A DNA stretch of 64,000 nt from Candidatus Eiseniibacteriota bacterium (GCA_963702435.1 CAVPCR010000003.1:256001-320000); one strand, 5' to 3'; shown: positions 53,060 through 63,837, numbered from the stretch's first letter. Numbers and translations are program-made. Notes: generated by a model not told the origin, from the sequence alone.

Positions 53060-53773
53060 GTGTTCACGGCGGAGGACTGGGCCATCTTCCTCTTCACGGT
53101 GAAGATGGCCGTCCTCTCGACGCTCCTCATCCTGCCGGCCGGCATCGCCGCCGGTTACGGGCTCGCACGCTGGCGCGGCCCCGGGAAGCACCTCGTCGAG
53201 ACCGCGCTCTCCCTGCCCCTCGTCCTGCCCCCGACCGCGGTCGGCCTCCTCCTCCTCGCGCTCATCGGCCGGCGCGGCCTCGCCGGCGGGGCGCTCGCTC
53301 GCGCCGGGCTCGACATCGCCTTCACCTGGAAGGCGGTCGTCCTCGCCATCGCCGTCATGTCCTTCCCGCTCCTCGTCCGCTCGGCGCGGACCGCGTTCGA
53401 GGAGGTGGACTCGCGCCTCATCGGCATCGCTCGCACGCTCGGCCTCACCCCCGTCGCCGCCTTCGCCCGGGTCACGCTGCCGCTCGCCTGGCGCGGGCTC
53501 CTCGCCGGCACGCTCCTCGCCTTCTCCCGCGCGCTCGGCGAGTTCGGCGCCACCATCCTGGTCGCCGGGAATATTCCCGGCCGCACGCAGACGATTGCGC
53601 TGGCCATCTACCAGCGCGTCCAGATCGGCGCCGACGGCGCCGCCTTCCGGCTGGTCGCGTTGACAGTGCTCCTCGCCTTCGCCGCGGTGTGGACGACCGA
53701 GATCGCGATGCGCCGGCGCGGGCGGCGCTTCGAGACGGCGCCTGACACGGCGACGCGGAGCGAAGCGCCGTGA
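53060..53773 (+). CDS. modB: Molybdate ABC transporter permease
   Basis: LPLVLPPTAVG, FSRALGEFGAT..AGNIPGRTQT. Confidence 0.93.
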   Translation: MFTAEDWAIFLFTVKMAVLSTLLILPAGIAAGYGLARWRGPGKHLVETALSLPLVLPPTAVGLLLLALIGRRGLAGGALARAGLDIAFTWKAVVLAIAVMSFPLLVRSARTAFEEVDSRLIGIARTLGLTPVAAFARVTLPLAWRGLLAGTLLAFSRALGEFGATILVAGNIPGRTQTIALAIYQRVQIGADGAAFRLVALTVLLAFAAVWTTEIAMRRRGRRFETAPDTATRSEAP

Positions 53774-54864
53774 CGTCCCCGCTTCTCGAGCTGGATGTCC
53801 GCCTCCCGCTCGCCCGTTTCCCCCTCGCCGTGCGCGCCGCGATCGCGGGCGATGCGGTCGCGGTGCTCGGCCCCTCGGGCGCGGGGAAGACCTCGCTCCT
53901 CGAGGTGATCGCCGGGCTCCGCCGCGCCACGGGACGGCTCTCCCTCGCCGGCGAGGTGCTCCTCGACTCGGCGGCCGGCGTCGACCGGCCGCCCGAGCGG
54001 CGGCGAGTCGGTTACGTGCCGCAGGACGCCGGCCTCTTCCCGCATCTCGATGTGCGCGCCAACGTGCGCTTCGGGCTCCGCCGCGACCCCGAGGCCGAGC
54101 GCCGCTTCGCCGAGTCGATCGAGATGCTCGCGCTCGCATCGCTCCTCGATCGTCATCCGGCGACCCTCTCCGGCGGCGAGCGGCAGCGGGTCGCCCTCGC
54201 CCGCGCGCTCGCGAGCGCGCCGCGCCTCCTCGTCCTCGATGAACCGCTGGCGGCTCTCGATCGCGAGCTCAAGGCGCGCATCCTCCCCTACCTCCTGGCG
54301 ATCCGCGACGAGGCGCGGGTGCCGCTCGTCTACGTCACGCACAACGTGGGCGAGGCGCTCCTCCTCGCCCGCGAGGCGCTCGTGCTCAAGGATGGCGCAG
54401 TCCTCGCCCACGGTCCCGCCGAGCGCGTGCTCGGCGCCGGAGGGCACGCCGGCGCGCTCGCCACCCTCGATCCAGACGTGCGCTTCGACAACGTGATCGC
54501 CGGCACCATCGCCGCGGTCGACGAGGCCGCAGGCATCGCCCATCTCGCGATCGCGGACGGGCTTCACCTCGCCGTGCCCGCCCCCGCGGGCGCCACCGCC
54601 GGGCGCCGCGCCGCCTATGCGGTGCCGGCCGAGGATGTCCTCGTCTCGATCCACCCGCTCGCCGGCATCTCGGCGCGGAACATCCTCGCCGGGCAAGTGA
54701 CGGCGCTCGATGCGATCGGGCGCGATGCGATCGTCGGCATCTCGGCGGCGGGGCGCGCCTGGCGGGCGCGCCTCACGCCGGCCGCGGCACGGGAGCTCGG
54801 TCTCGCGCCCGGGCTCCCGGTATGGATCGCCATCAAGACGCACGCCTTCCGCCGGCTCGAGTGA
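53770..54864 (+). CDS. modC: Molybdate ABC transporter ATPase
   Basis: GPSGAGKT, LSGGERQR, LDEP, YVTH, C-terminal TOBE-like domains. Confidence 0.93.
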   Translation: MTSPLLELDVRLPLARFPLAVRAAIAGDAVAVLGPSGAGKTSLLEVIAGLRRATGRLSLAGEVLLDSAAGVDRPPERRRVGYVPQDAGLFPHLDVRANVRFGLRRDPEAERRFAESIEMLALASLLDRHPATLSGGERQRVALARALASAPRLLVLDEPLAALDRELKARILPYLLAIRDEARVPLVYVTHNVGEALLLAREALVLKDGAVLAHGPAERVLGAGGHAGALATLDPDVRFDNVIAGTIAAVDEAAGIAHLAIADGLHLAVPAPAGATAGRRAAYAVPAEDVLVSIHPLAGISARNILAGQVTALDAIGRDAIVGISAAGRAWRARLTPAAARELGLAPGLPVWIAIKTHAFRRLE

Positions 54865-54901
54865 ACGGAGCCCCGCTGTCGGCAACGGTCGAGAACTGCA
54901 C

Positions 54902-54929
54902 TTGACTTGCCTGCTTGCCGGCGTAGTGT
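54902..54929 (+). promoter_or_regulatory. Putative sigma70 promoter of the surface-protein operon
   Basis: TTGACT-N16-TAGTGT. Confidence 0.4.
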
Positions 54930-55029
54930 GAGTCATGTCCTTCCCCCAAGCGGAGCCTTGATGGAGACGGCCCCCCCGCCTCGAGACCATGGGTCCGCCC
55001 GGCCCGAACCGCCCGCGAGCATCGGGGTC

Positions 55030-57012
55030 GTGGGCAGATTCATCCCCCTGGCCGCCGCCCTTCTTGCCGCCCTCCTCCTCGCGACCCACGGCTGCGGCTC
55101 CGAAACGACCGGCGTGCGCTCCCCGAACGAGCCGCCGCAGATCCGCATCACCTCCGGTCCGCTCCGCGATTCTCTCCACAGCTACCGGGTGACCTTCCAG
55201 TGGACCGCGTTCGATCCCGATGGCGCCATCGCCGGGTTCGAATACACATTGCATGACACGACGGTTGCGGACTCCCTCCATGCGATCGCCGAGACGGCCG
55301 TCACCTTGCGCTTGCCCGTCGTCGAGGAGCTGTCCCGGGCCGCGCTCGACACGCTGGCTGCCAGTTACACCTTCAGCGTGCGCGCCCGGGACAACGAGGG
55401 ACTCCCGTCCGCCTTCGCGATCGCCACCTTCAACGCCTTCACGCTCGCGCCGGCAACGACCATCACGCTCCCCGATCCTCGCTTCTATCCGCGGGTGGGC
55501 ACCACCTTTCACGTGTTGTGGAACGGGATCGACGCGGACGGCGGCGGCGCCGCGCTCCGCTACTCACACCGGCTCGTCTGGGTGCCGCCGGAGAGCGCCG
55601 ACGTGGTGGACATCGGCCGGCTCGAGCGACCCGGCGGCGGGGCGCCGTGGACCGCCTACGCGGCGACGACAGAATCCCGCTACGAGGCCCTGCCGGAAGG
55701 CGCCTACCTCTTCGGGGTCCGGGCGCGCGATGAAGCGGGCGCCACCGAGCCCGATCTCTTGATCGGCGGGAACGTCGTCCGCCTGCGCGTGGTCGCCGAG
55801 CCCGGGCTCCCCACGCTCACGCTCTCGGCCAGCGGGAGAACAGTGGCTCTGCCGAGCGATGACGAGGAGGAGAAGACCTTCGCGATGATCGCGGGTCAGT
55901 ACACGCTCTTCACGGTCGCGGCGAGCGCCGCCGCCTACGCGGCGCAGATCGCTGAGCTCGCCTATGGCATCGATCTCGAGAGCATCGATCCCCGGGATCC
56001 GGGATGGCGTCCCTTCTCGGGGAACGAGCTCGCGCTCCGCCTCGACAATCCGCCCGGCGTCGAGGACACCACCCGCACCCTCTATCTCAAGGTGACCGAC
56101 TCGATCGGGCAGACTCTCGTCGCCGACGCCTTCCTCACGGTGTCGGCTCCCGACTTCTCGCGCGACATCCTCTATGTCGACGACATCGGACGCGACAGCC
56201 AGGGCAGCATCGCGTCGCCGACCGACATCGAACACGACCGCTTCGTGATGGACGTGCTCCTCGCCGAGGCGGGACGCCGCGGCCTTCGTCTCGACCAGTA
56301 CGAAGTGCAGGATCCCGACTACGGCTTGATCCGAGGCGCGCCCAGCCTCGCGACGCTCCGTCGCTACCGACTTCTGGTCTGGAGCGTGCGGGATTCGAAC
56401 AGCGGCCTCCAGACGCTGCCCCAGGCAGTAGCCGACTACATGGCGCTGGGCGGCCGGCTGTGGGTCTTCGGCAACACGGCCCTCGTGAACCTCGCCATCC
56501 CGCCGACCCCGAATCCCTACGGCTACGCGGCGGGAGAGCTGGGTTACGACATCCTCCACCTCGAGACCGAGCGCGACGGCAGCCAGATCGTGGCCGGCGG
56601 TATCTTGCTGGCCGGGCGGAACCTCCTGAGTCGCCGCATCGACGGCCTTGCTGCCGCCATCCCGACCCCCCGCGCGCTGGCCGAGGGCTGGCCGGCGCTT
56701 CCCGCCTCCCGCGAGCCGTTCAACGGGACGCTCGAGGGCATCCCCAGCTGTGAGGGGATGACGATCGGATACAGCCACGGATCGCGTCCCGGGCAATTCG
56801 ACACGCTTTATACGTTCCATCCCAACGGTGAGCGGTTGACGCCGCCGGCCCGCTCGCGCTTTCTGGATGCGCCCTGCGCCTTCCGCTACCGCGGTCCACA
56901 GGGCGGCAAGGTCGTTGCTCTCGCCTTCCCCGTGGACTGGTTCAGCGACGGCGCAGCCGACAGCCTGGGTCAGAGCGCGCTCCGCTGGTTCTTCGAGGAA
57001 GAGGCGCCGTGA
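55030..57012 (+). CDS. Putative lipoprotein with Ig/FN3-like repeats (start uncertain)
   Basis: LLAALLLATHG-C lipobox-like; W...DPDG.I.GFEY, YTFSVRARDNEG, YLFGVRARDEAG beta-sandwich motifs; C-terminal ILYVDD alpha/beta domain. Confidence 0.65.
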   Translation: MGRFIPLAAALLAALLLATHGCGSETTGVRSPNEPPQIRITSGPLRDSLHSYRVTFQWTAFDPDGAIAGFEYTLHDTTVADSLHAIAETAVTLRLPVVEELSRAALDTLAASYTFSVRARDNEGLPSAFAIATFNAFTLAPATTITLPDPRFYPRVGTTFHVLWNGIDADGGGAALRYSHRLVWVPPESADVVDIGRLERPGGGAPWTAYAATTESRYEALPEGAYLFGVRARDEAGATEPDLLIGGNVVRLRVVAEPGLPTLTLSASGRTVALPSDDEEEKTFAMIAGQYTLFTVAASAAAYAAQIAELAYGIDLESIDPRDPGWRPFSGNELALRLDNPPGVEDTTRTLYLKVTDSIGQTLVADAFLTVSAPDFSRDILYVDDIGRDSQGSIASPTDIEHDRFVMDVLLAEAGRRGLRLDQYEVQDPDYGLIRGAPSLATLRRYRLLVWSVRDSNSGLQTLPQAVADYMALGGRLWVFGNTALVNLAIPPTPNPYGYAAGELGYDILHLETERDGSQIVAGGILLAGRNLLSRRIDGLAAAIPTPRALAEGWPALPASREPFNGTLEGIPSCEGMTIGYSHGSRPGQFDTLYTFHPNGERLTPPARSRFLDAPCAFRYRGPQGGKVVALAFPVDWFSDGAADSLGQSALRWFFEEEAP

Positions 57013-59375
57013 TGAAGCGTCCGCTGCTCGCCTGGGTGATCGCAGCGATCGGCGCCCTCGGGGGGATGCCCTTCCCTGCCGGCGCCGTCCTCGAGCGCGC
57101 GGGCGAGCACGTGCACGACCGGGGAGCGTTCCGTCTCTTCATGACGAACTTCGGAGTGCTCGGCAACCAGTCCTATCCCTCGTTCTCGGATCTCCCCTCC
57201 CTCGAGTGGCCGGCGGGCTCGGCGAACGAGTACCTGAACGACGCAGGATTGTGGATCGGGGCGCGGGACCGCCGGGGCAACGTGGCCGGCGTCTCGACGG
57301 CGGCCCCGGTGAGCGAGCTCCGGCCCGAGCTCGATGACGCCGCGCACATCTTCGAGAGCTTCGACGGGGCGCCGGGCACGCGCCGGCTCGGCACCACGCA
57401 GACGGTGGCCGAGGCCGACGACGACGCCGACGGCGACCTGGATGAGGAGTTCCTGAACGGGCGCGACGATGACTTGGACGGCCGGATCGACGAGGACTAC
57501 GTGGCGATCGGCGAGCAGACCTTCGCCTGCGAGTACCGGGACGACACGCCGGAGGCCGCAGCCCAGCTCCTGGCGCACCGCCCGCTCCACGTGGCCGTGC
57601 GCCAGCTGAGCTTCACGTGGACCGAGGGGATCGGCGCCCTCGACCGCTCCGCGGTCGTCCGCTACGAGATCGAGAACACCGGCGACGCCTCCCTCTACGA
57701 CGTCTACCTCGGCTTCTACGTGGATCCCGACGTCGGACCGAAGGCGAGCGCCAACTACTGGCGGGACGATCGCTACAGCGTCGAAACGATCGCCGGCGGC
57801 TTCCCCACACGGGGCGCCGCGATCGTGCCCGGGTGCGGAGCGATTCCCTACGAGCGCATCGTCGCGATCGTCGAGGACGCGCCGGACGGGACCGGCGGCG
57901 CGGCGGGTGGCGATGCACCGGGACTCATCGCCGCCTTCATCCTCGATCACACCACCCAGCGCTGGGGGTTCCGGGCGCCGGAGGAGATCGGGACGAGCGC
58001 AGTCGTCCATCTCGCCGGCCGCGCCTTCCGCGACGCGACGCGGGAGGATCTGGCCGATCAGGAGAAGTACGCGCTCATGCAGTCGAAGCAGGTGATGGGC
58101 GATCTCCGGGTCGACGACCACCGTTTCGTCCTCGTCGCCGGTCCCTATGCCGAGCTTCCTCCGAGGAGCTCGCTCGCGTTCTCGGTGGCGCTCGTCCTGG
58201 CGCGCGATCGCAACGAGCTCGCGGCGACCGTCTCGGACCTTGTCTCCGAGTTCCACGGGCGGTGGCTCAACCTGGACGAGAACCCTGCCACCGGGCGGAA
58301 TGGCGAGGAGACCTGTCTCCTGCCTGACGAGGCGCGCTTCTGCGGATTCACGCCGTTCCGCGTCGACCACGACTGCGACGAGCTCGAGACGCCCGCGCGC
58401 GCGCACGGCGGCTGCCGGAACACGGTCATCCAGACCCGCTGCCCCCACCTCGGGCTGGATGCGCTCTGCAGCAACCGTCTCCTCATCCTCTCGTCGCGCT
58501 GCACGTACGTCAACTTCGACTGCGATCCCTGCACACCGGCGAATCGGGGCGGCGAGGCGCTCGTCCGCTGGGCAGGCACGGCGACGCACGTGAGCTCGCA
58601 ACCGCTCGCGAAACAGGTGACGCCCGGCGACCGCGTGGCCACGGTCGAGTGGGACAACGCCGCCGAGCTCCCGACCGCGGCTCGCACGCTCCCCGCCGTG
58701 GTCGGATACCGGGTCTGGCGGGCGACCGGGTTCACGCGCGCCCCCGGCGCCAGCGGACCCACGAGCGGGAGCTGGGAGCTCGTCGCCGAGCTGCCGCTCC
58801 CCGGCAGCGACCTGCCGCCTCCGGCAACGCCCTTCATCGTCGAGGGAACGCCGGTCATCGGCACGGTGCCGGGCCCCGGCGACTCCCTCTACGCGCACTA
58901 CGCGGTCGGGCGCTATCGCTTCACGGATACCGAGGTCCAGAACGGGTACGCCGCCTTCCACGACGTGACTCCGTTCACACTGGTCGAAGACGGCGGAGTG
59001 ACGGTGATCGAGAGCCTCGCGCCGCGCGCGCAAAGCGGCGACGAGGTCTTTCCCGTCGAGGCAGCAAGCGGCGGCGGCATCCGCGTCGTGCCCAATCCCT
59101 ACCTCGCGCACGCGCCGTGGGATCTCGAGCCGAACCGCACCGATCCCTCGGGCCGGAAGATCCTCTTCTCCGGACTCCCGGCCGCACCCGCGCGCATCGA
59201 TATCTTCACCCTCGCCGGGGATCGGGTGCGCACGCTCGAGCACGATGGCCAGAGCGGCAGCGCGGCCTGGGATCTCCTCTCGAAGAACGGGCAGCCGGTG
59301 GCGCCGGGCATCTATCTCTACCAGGTCGAGGCACCCGGGCTCGCCGAGCGCGGCAAGCTGGTGATCGTCAAATGA
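57009..59375 (+). CDS. Secreted protein with C-terminal T9SS-type (FlgD-like) sorting domain
   Basis: Signal peptide; TNFG..G, EWP.GS..EYL..GLWIG; DxDxDG repeats; C-terminal VVPNPY..I.F..LP...IDIFTLAGDRVRTL..WDL..NGQ.VA.GIYLY.V...GKLVIVK. Confidence 0.8.
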   Translation: MMKRPLLAWVIAAIGALGGMPFPAGAVLERAGEHVHDRGAFRLFMTNFGVLGNQSYPSFSDLPSLEWPAGSANEYLNDAGLWIGARDRRGNVAGVSTAAPVSELRPELDDAAHIFESFDGAPGTRRLGTTQTVAEADDDADGDLDEEFLNGRDDDLDGRIDEDYVAIGEQTFACEYRDDTPEAAAQLLAHRPLHVAVRQLSFTWTEGIGALDRSAVVRYEIENTGDASLYDVYLGFYVDPDVGPKASANYWRDDRYSVETIAGGFPTRGAAIVPGCGAIPYERIVAIVEDAPDGTGGAAGGDAPGLIAAFILDHTTQRWGFRAPEEIGTSAVVHLAGRAFRDATREDLADQEKYALMQSKQVMGDLRVDDHRFVLVAGPYAELPPRSSLAFSVALVLARDRNELAATVSDLVSEFHGRWLNLDENPATGRNGEETCLLPDEARFCGFTPFRVDHDCDELETPARAHGGCRNTVIQTRCPHLGLDALCSNRLLILSSRCTYVNFDCDPCTPANRGGEALVRWAGTATHVSSQPLAKQVTPGDRVATVEWDNAAELPTAARTLPAVVGYRVWRATGFTRAPGASGPTSGSWELVAELPLPGSDLPPPATPFIVEGTPVIGTVPGPGDSLYAHYAVGRYRFTDTEVQNGYAAFHDVTPFTLVEDGGVTVIESLAPRAQSGDEVFPVEAASGGGIRVVPNPYLAHAPWDLEPNRTDPSGRKILFSGLPAAPARIDIFTLAGDRVRTLEHDGQSGSAAWDLLSKNGQPVAPGIYLYQVEAPGLAERGKLVIVK

Positions 59376-59406
59376 GCGCGCGACGTCAAATGAGCGCGCG
59401 ACGTCA
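59367..59406. repeat. 18-bp perfect tandem duplication at a gene junction
   Basis: GTCAAATGAGCGCGCGAC x2, containing the overlapping ATGA stop/start. Confidence 0.9.
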
Positions 59407-60775
59407 CCACCTCGCCGCCGGCATCGCCCTCGCTCTGGCCGCCATCGCATGCGGCGACGACGGCTCCGATCCCGCCGTCGATCGCGATCCGCCGCGCCTC
59501 CTCACGCTGTCGCCGGCCGACGGCGCGACCGCCGTCGCGGCGGCGAGCGTCGTCCGCGCCGCCTTCTCGGAGCCCGTTGTCCTCGACACGCTCGGTCCGG
59601 CACCGATCCGGGTGACCGGCCCGGCCGGCCCGGTGCCCGGGCGAATCGCCGCGGACTCGACGGGATCGATCCTCACCTTCGAGCCCGCGGACTCCCTCGC
59701 CCCGGCGAGCGACTATCGCGCCGTCGTCGCGGGCGGCATCTCCGATCCATCCGGAAACGTCACCACCGACTCGACCGCCGCCCGCTTCACGACGGCGCTC
59801 GAGTTCTACACGATCGGACGCCTCGTCACCGCCAACACGATCTCCTGGAACCTGAGCGTGCTCGACATCCTCACCTACGAACCCGTGCCCGGGTCCCCCG
59901 TGCCGATCGCAGGTCGCCCCGTGCGCCTCGCTCCGGTGCCCGAGTGGGGCGAGGTCTTCGTCCTCTACCGGAGCGGGCTCGATTCGGGGGTGCTCGTCCT
60001 CGATGGCCGCTCGCTGGCCGTCGTCCGCGACACGGGGCCGGTCTTCGCCGGCGAGGCCACCGATCTCGCGGTGAGCGCTGCGGAATCGATCTTCTTCGTG
60101 TCGGTGCCGTCGGCCAACGCGCTCTTCGTCCACGACGCGCGCGCGATGGGCGAGCTCGCCGCCCCGATCGTCTTCACGAGGGCGGGCGCGAACCCCGTGC
60201 GCCTCGCGATCGCCGAGCGCTTTGGCTGGGTCCTCGTGGGGCTCGATGGCGGAGCGCAGCTCGGCGCCTATGCCCTGCCCTCGCTCGACGCGGTCGCGGG
60301 CTTTCCCGCTCCCGCCGTGAGTCGCATCAATGCCGTGGCGGTGGACGAGGCCCGGGCCCGCGCCTGGGTGGGAGGAGGCCAGCGCTACGCGGTCGTCGAC
60401 CTCGTGAATCCCGCGCGCACGGTCTCCTTCGCCTGGCCGACCATGCGCTCCTGCCTCCCGCCGATGTGCGAGACGCTCGGGCGCTGCATCCTGCTCGCAC
60501 CGGCGTACGATCGCGTCTATTTCCTGAATGTGAGGGACGCGATCGCCGCGCTGGCGCTCACGAACCTGGACGTCGGGACCTCGATCGATGAGCGCCTGCC
60601 GGGGTTCCAGGCCGACATCGCGCTCAACCCGCGCTCCGGGGAGCTGATCGCCGTGGATACGCAGAGCGTCTCGGGAAGTCTCCGCCGGCTCGACCCGTGG
60701 ACCCTGCGCGCATTGGGCTTCGAGGCGTTCCCGGTGGGCGGGGGCGGAGTGTCGGACATGGCGGTGCTGCCCTAG
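59372..60775 (+). CDS. Putative lipoprotein with Ig-like (Big_5-type) domain and beta-propeller-like C-terminus
   Basis: LALAAIA-C lipobox; PP.L..LSPADGAT.V...V.A.FSEPV..LTFEP..L...Y...I.D..GN; YVTN-like blades. Confidence 0.75.
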   Translation: MSARRQMSARRHHLAAGIALALAAIACGDDGSDPAVDRDPPRLLTLSPADGATAVAAASVVRAAFSEPVVLDTLGPAPIRVTGPAGPVPGRIAADSTGSILTFEPADSLAPASDYRAVVAGGISDPSGNVTTDSTAARFTTALEFYTIGRLVTANTISWNLSVLDILTYEPVPGSPVPIAGRPVRLAPVPEWGEVFVLYRSGLDSGVLVLDGRSLAVVRDTGPVFAGEATDLAVSAAESIFFVSVPSANALFVHDARAMGELAAPIVFTRAGANPVRLAIAERFGWVLVGLDGGAQLGAYALPSLDAVAGFPAPAVSRINAVAVDEARARAWVGGGQRYAVVDLVNPARTVSFAWPTMRSCLPPMCETLGRCILLAPAYDRVYFLNVRDAIAALALTNLDVGTSIDERLPGFQADIALNPRSGELIAVDTQSVSGSLRRLDPWTLRALGFEAFPVGGGGVSDMAVLP

Positions 60776-60796
60776 GCGTGAGGGGGGACCGATGCG

Positions 60797-63527
60797 ATGA
60801 AACCCGAGCTGATCCCGCGGATCCTCGCCGCGCTCGGCATCGTGGCCGGTCTTCTCGGCGCCGGCACGCTCCGGCCGCCGGGCGCGGCGGCGGCCGAGGG
60901 CGACTCGGAGAACGAAGCGCCGCCTGTGAGCTCGGCGCTCGCGCAGATCGCCGGCACCGCGATCTCGGCCGAGACCGGACAGCCGATCCCCGGCGCGAGC
61001 GTGACCATCGCCGGCACCCGCTACGGCGCTGCCGCCGACGAGAACGGGCGGTTCCTCGTTCCAGCTCCCCGCCGGCACCTACACGGTCGAGGCCAGCTCG
61101 ATCGGCTTCGTCACCGATCGCCGCCGGAACATCGTCGCCCGCCTCGGCAGCCGCACGCGCGTCGACTTCCGCCTCGCCCGCGGCGAGGACATCCTCCTCG
61201 CCCCGATCGAGGTCCAGAACCCCTACGAGCTCATCCAGCCCGAGAGCTCGACCAGCCGCCGCGTGATCCGCGGTGACGACGCGCGCTCGATCCCCATCGA
61301 GGACATGCTCGAGGCGATCAGGCTCACGCCCGGCGTGGTCTCGACGGCCGGCGAGCTCCACTTCCGCGGCGGGCGTTCGGGAGAGGTCCTCTACCAGCTC
61401 GACGGCATCCCGGTGCGCGATCCGCTCGAGTCGACGCCCTTCACCATCTCGACCATCGCCCTCGCCGAGAGCGAGGTCCTGACCGGCGGCTTCGACGCAG
61501 AGTACGGGAATGCCCAATCGGGCATCGTCGAGATGACCACCCGCGACGGCGGCGAGAAGTTCGCCGGCGAGGTGTCCTACGAGACCGACGACTACGGCGC
61601 GCCCGATCGCACATTCACCAACTTCGATCGCATCGCGCTCGGCCTGGGCGGCCCGCTCGGGCTCCATGGACTCACCTTCTTCGCCTCCTATGAAGGCACC
61701 TTCGACGACACCTACTTGAAGACGTCCGAGGAGCGGAGCTCGCACACGGTCCTCGACTTCATCTCGCTCGGCGAGCGCCAGTCGAGCGCGACGCGCTGGA
61801 CCGGCAAGGTGACCTACCGCCTGCCCAACCGGCGCGACCGGGTGAGCTTCGAGACCGTTGAGAACCTCCTGGGCTACGACCAGTACCTCCACGCCTGGAG
61901 CCGCACCGGCTACGTGCAGATGCGCGAGGACCTGGACGCCGAGGGGAACCCGATCACCGTCTTCGGCCCCTGGTCCTCGACCCGGCTCGATTCGACCTAT
62001 GTGCCCTATGACGGGCCGGCCCACACGCCGGACCATGACGATCGCGTCACCCTGGCCAAGCTGACGTGGGGCCGCCAGGGCGAGAAGACGAACATCGAAA
62101 CCCGGTTCGGCTATCTCCGGACGATCGCCACCGCCGCGGTCAACGGCCAGCGCCCCGAGGACTACAGCGTCTCCTATCCCGATTACTGGAGCGGGAACTT
62201 GGACGAGGGCTTCTACTACGCGACGCACGGCGACTACCCGTACTACTCCGACCGCTCGAGCGAGGTGTGGATGCTGCGTGGCGATCTCGCCCGGGTCGGC
62301 GAGAAGCACACGGCCAAGGGCGGCTACCTCCTGCAGCTGAACCGCCTCGAGCTGTTGCAGCTCGATTTCCCGAACGAGGTCAACGCCGACGGCACGCAGG
62401 GCCGCTTCCGCTCCGAGCTCGCCATCGACAACCCGGAAGGGAGCTTCTACGTCCAGGATCAGTGGCGCCACCAGGGACTGGTCGTCAACGCCGGGCTCCG
62501 CTACGACTTCTTCTCGCTCGGGAACGCGTTCGACGAGCTCGCGGCCGACGAGCGCGTGCGCGACCAGTGGAGCCCGCGACTCGGCATCGCCTTCCCGATC
62601 TCGGATCGCGACGCGATGAGCTTCCACTACGGGCGCTACTTCCAGGTGCCCGACCGCCGGTTCATCTTCGAGGAGCGGGACTCGAACGTGCGGATTCGCG
62701 GCAATCTGAATCTCGAACCCGAGGTCACGGTGGCCTATCAGGCCGGAATCCAGCACCTGATCACCGGGAATCTCGCCTTCACCGGCACCCTCTTCTTCAA
62801 GGACATCTTCGGCCTCCTGACCACCGAGCGGCGCGAGATCCCCGGTTATGTCGAGCTCGTGGACGTGTGGGTGAACCAGGACTTCGCGAGCGTGCGCGGG
62901 CTCGAGCTCGGCCTCCGGCAGCGCTCCGGGGCGCCGCTCTGGGGCGAGATCGCCTACACGTTGAGCCGCGCCACCGGGGTGGCCTCGAGCGCCGAGGAGC
63001 GCTTCGAGAACCAGGATGTCGAGACCTCCCGCGCCGCCGAGGAGCGTCCGCTCGACTGGGACCAGCGGCACACCCTGAATGCCACGATCCACGTCGGCTA
63101 TCCGGGGGACTGGATCGTGACCACGGTCGCGACCTACGGCTCCGGCCTCCCCTACACGCCGATCCCGCTCGGGGAGCGCACCCAGCGCACGGCCGAGGAG
63201 ATCAACTCGGCGCGCTTGCCGTCGACCTTCCGGGTGGATGCCGATTTCACCAAGCACTTCGGCCTCTGGAGCCAGCGCTTCACGTTCTCGCTCCGCGCCT
63301 ACAACCTGCTCGACTCGCAGGACATCCGCGAGCTCGCCCCCGATAACTCACCGCACGCCTTCGTCGGACCCGAGGACTACGTGATCTACTACACCGAGAC
63401 CGGGCAGGCCGGGGGCGCCGCGATCGACGCCACCGAGGCGGGCGGCACCCAGTTCATCCCGCTCGACGATCCGCGCGTCTGGGAGCGCGGCCGCGTGATC
63501 CGCTTCGGTGTCGGCTGGGCGTTCTGA
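60797..63527 (+). CDS. TonB-dependent receptor with N-terminal carboxypeptidase-like domain (apparent frameshift near 61058)
   Basis: ETGQPIPGASV..GT..GAAADENG.F, then LPAGTYTVEASSIGF; plug HFRGGRSGEVLYQLDG, TGGFDAEYGNAQSG; NAGLRYD, SPRLG; terminal Phe. Confidence 0.9.
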
Positions 63528-63837
63528 AGCTCCCCCCGTTCGCGACGCAAACAGCCCCGGGGCTGCGGGCTCATCGGGGCGTTCGTGGTGGGCTGCGCCG
63601 AGGTGATCGCGCCGACGACCCGGTGAGGGATCAATCTCCGCTCTCGGGGCTGAGCGCACATGACGGCGGGCGACGGGACCGACGCCGGTCGCCTATGGTA
63701 TGATCTCATCAGATGGGTTCCCGCGAGCGCGAAGCGCGCGGACCTCCCGCGCCATGACCGCGTTCGCCACCTGCGCCGCCGCCCGACCCCCTTGGGTTCG
63801 GGGCCTGATGCGGCTCACCAGCGGAGGGATACACCCC

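Noticed and set aside
63535..63600. Cyclic di-GMP-I riboswitch (GACGCAAA)
   Set aside because: Only a fragment matches; the GGCAAAC/GNRA P2 stem is missing.
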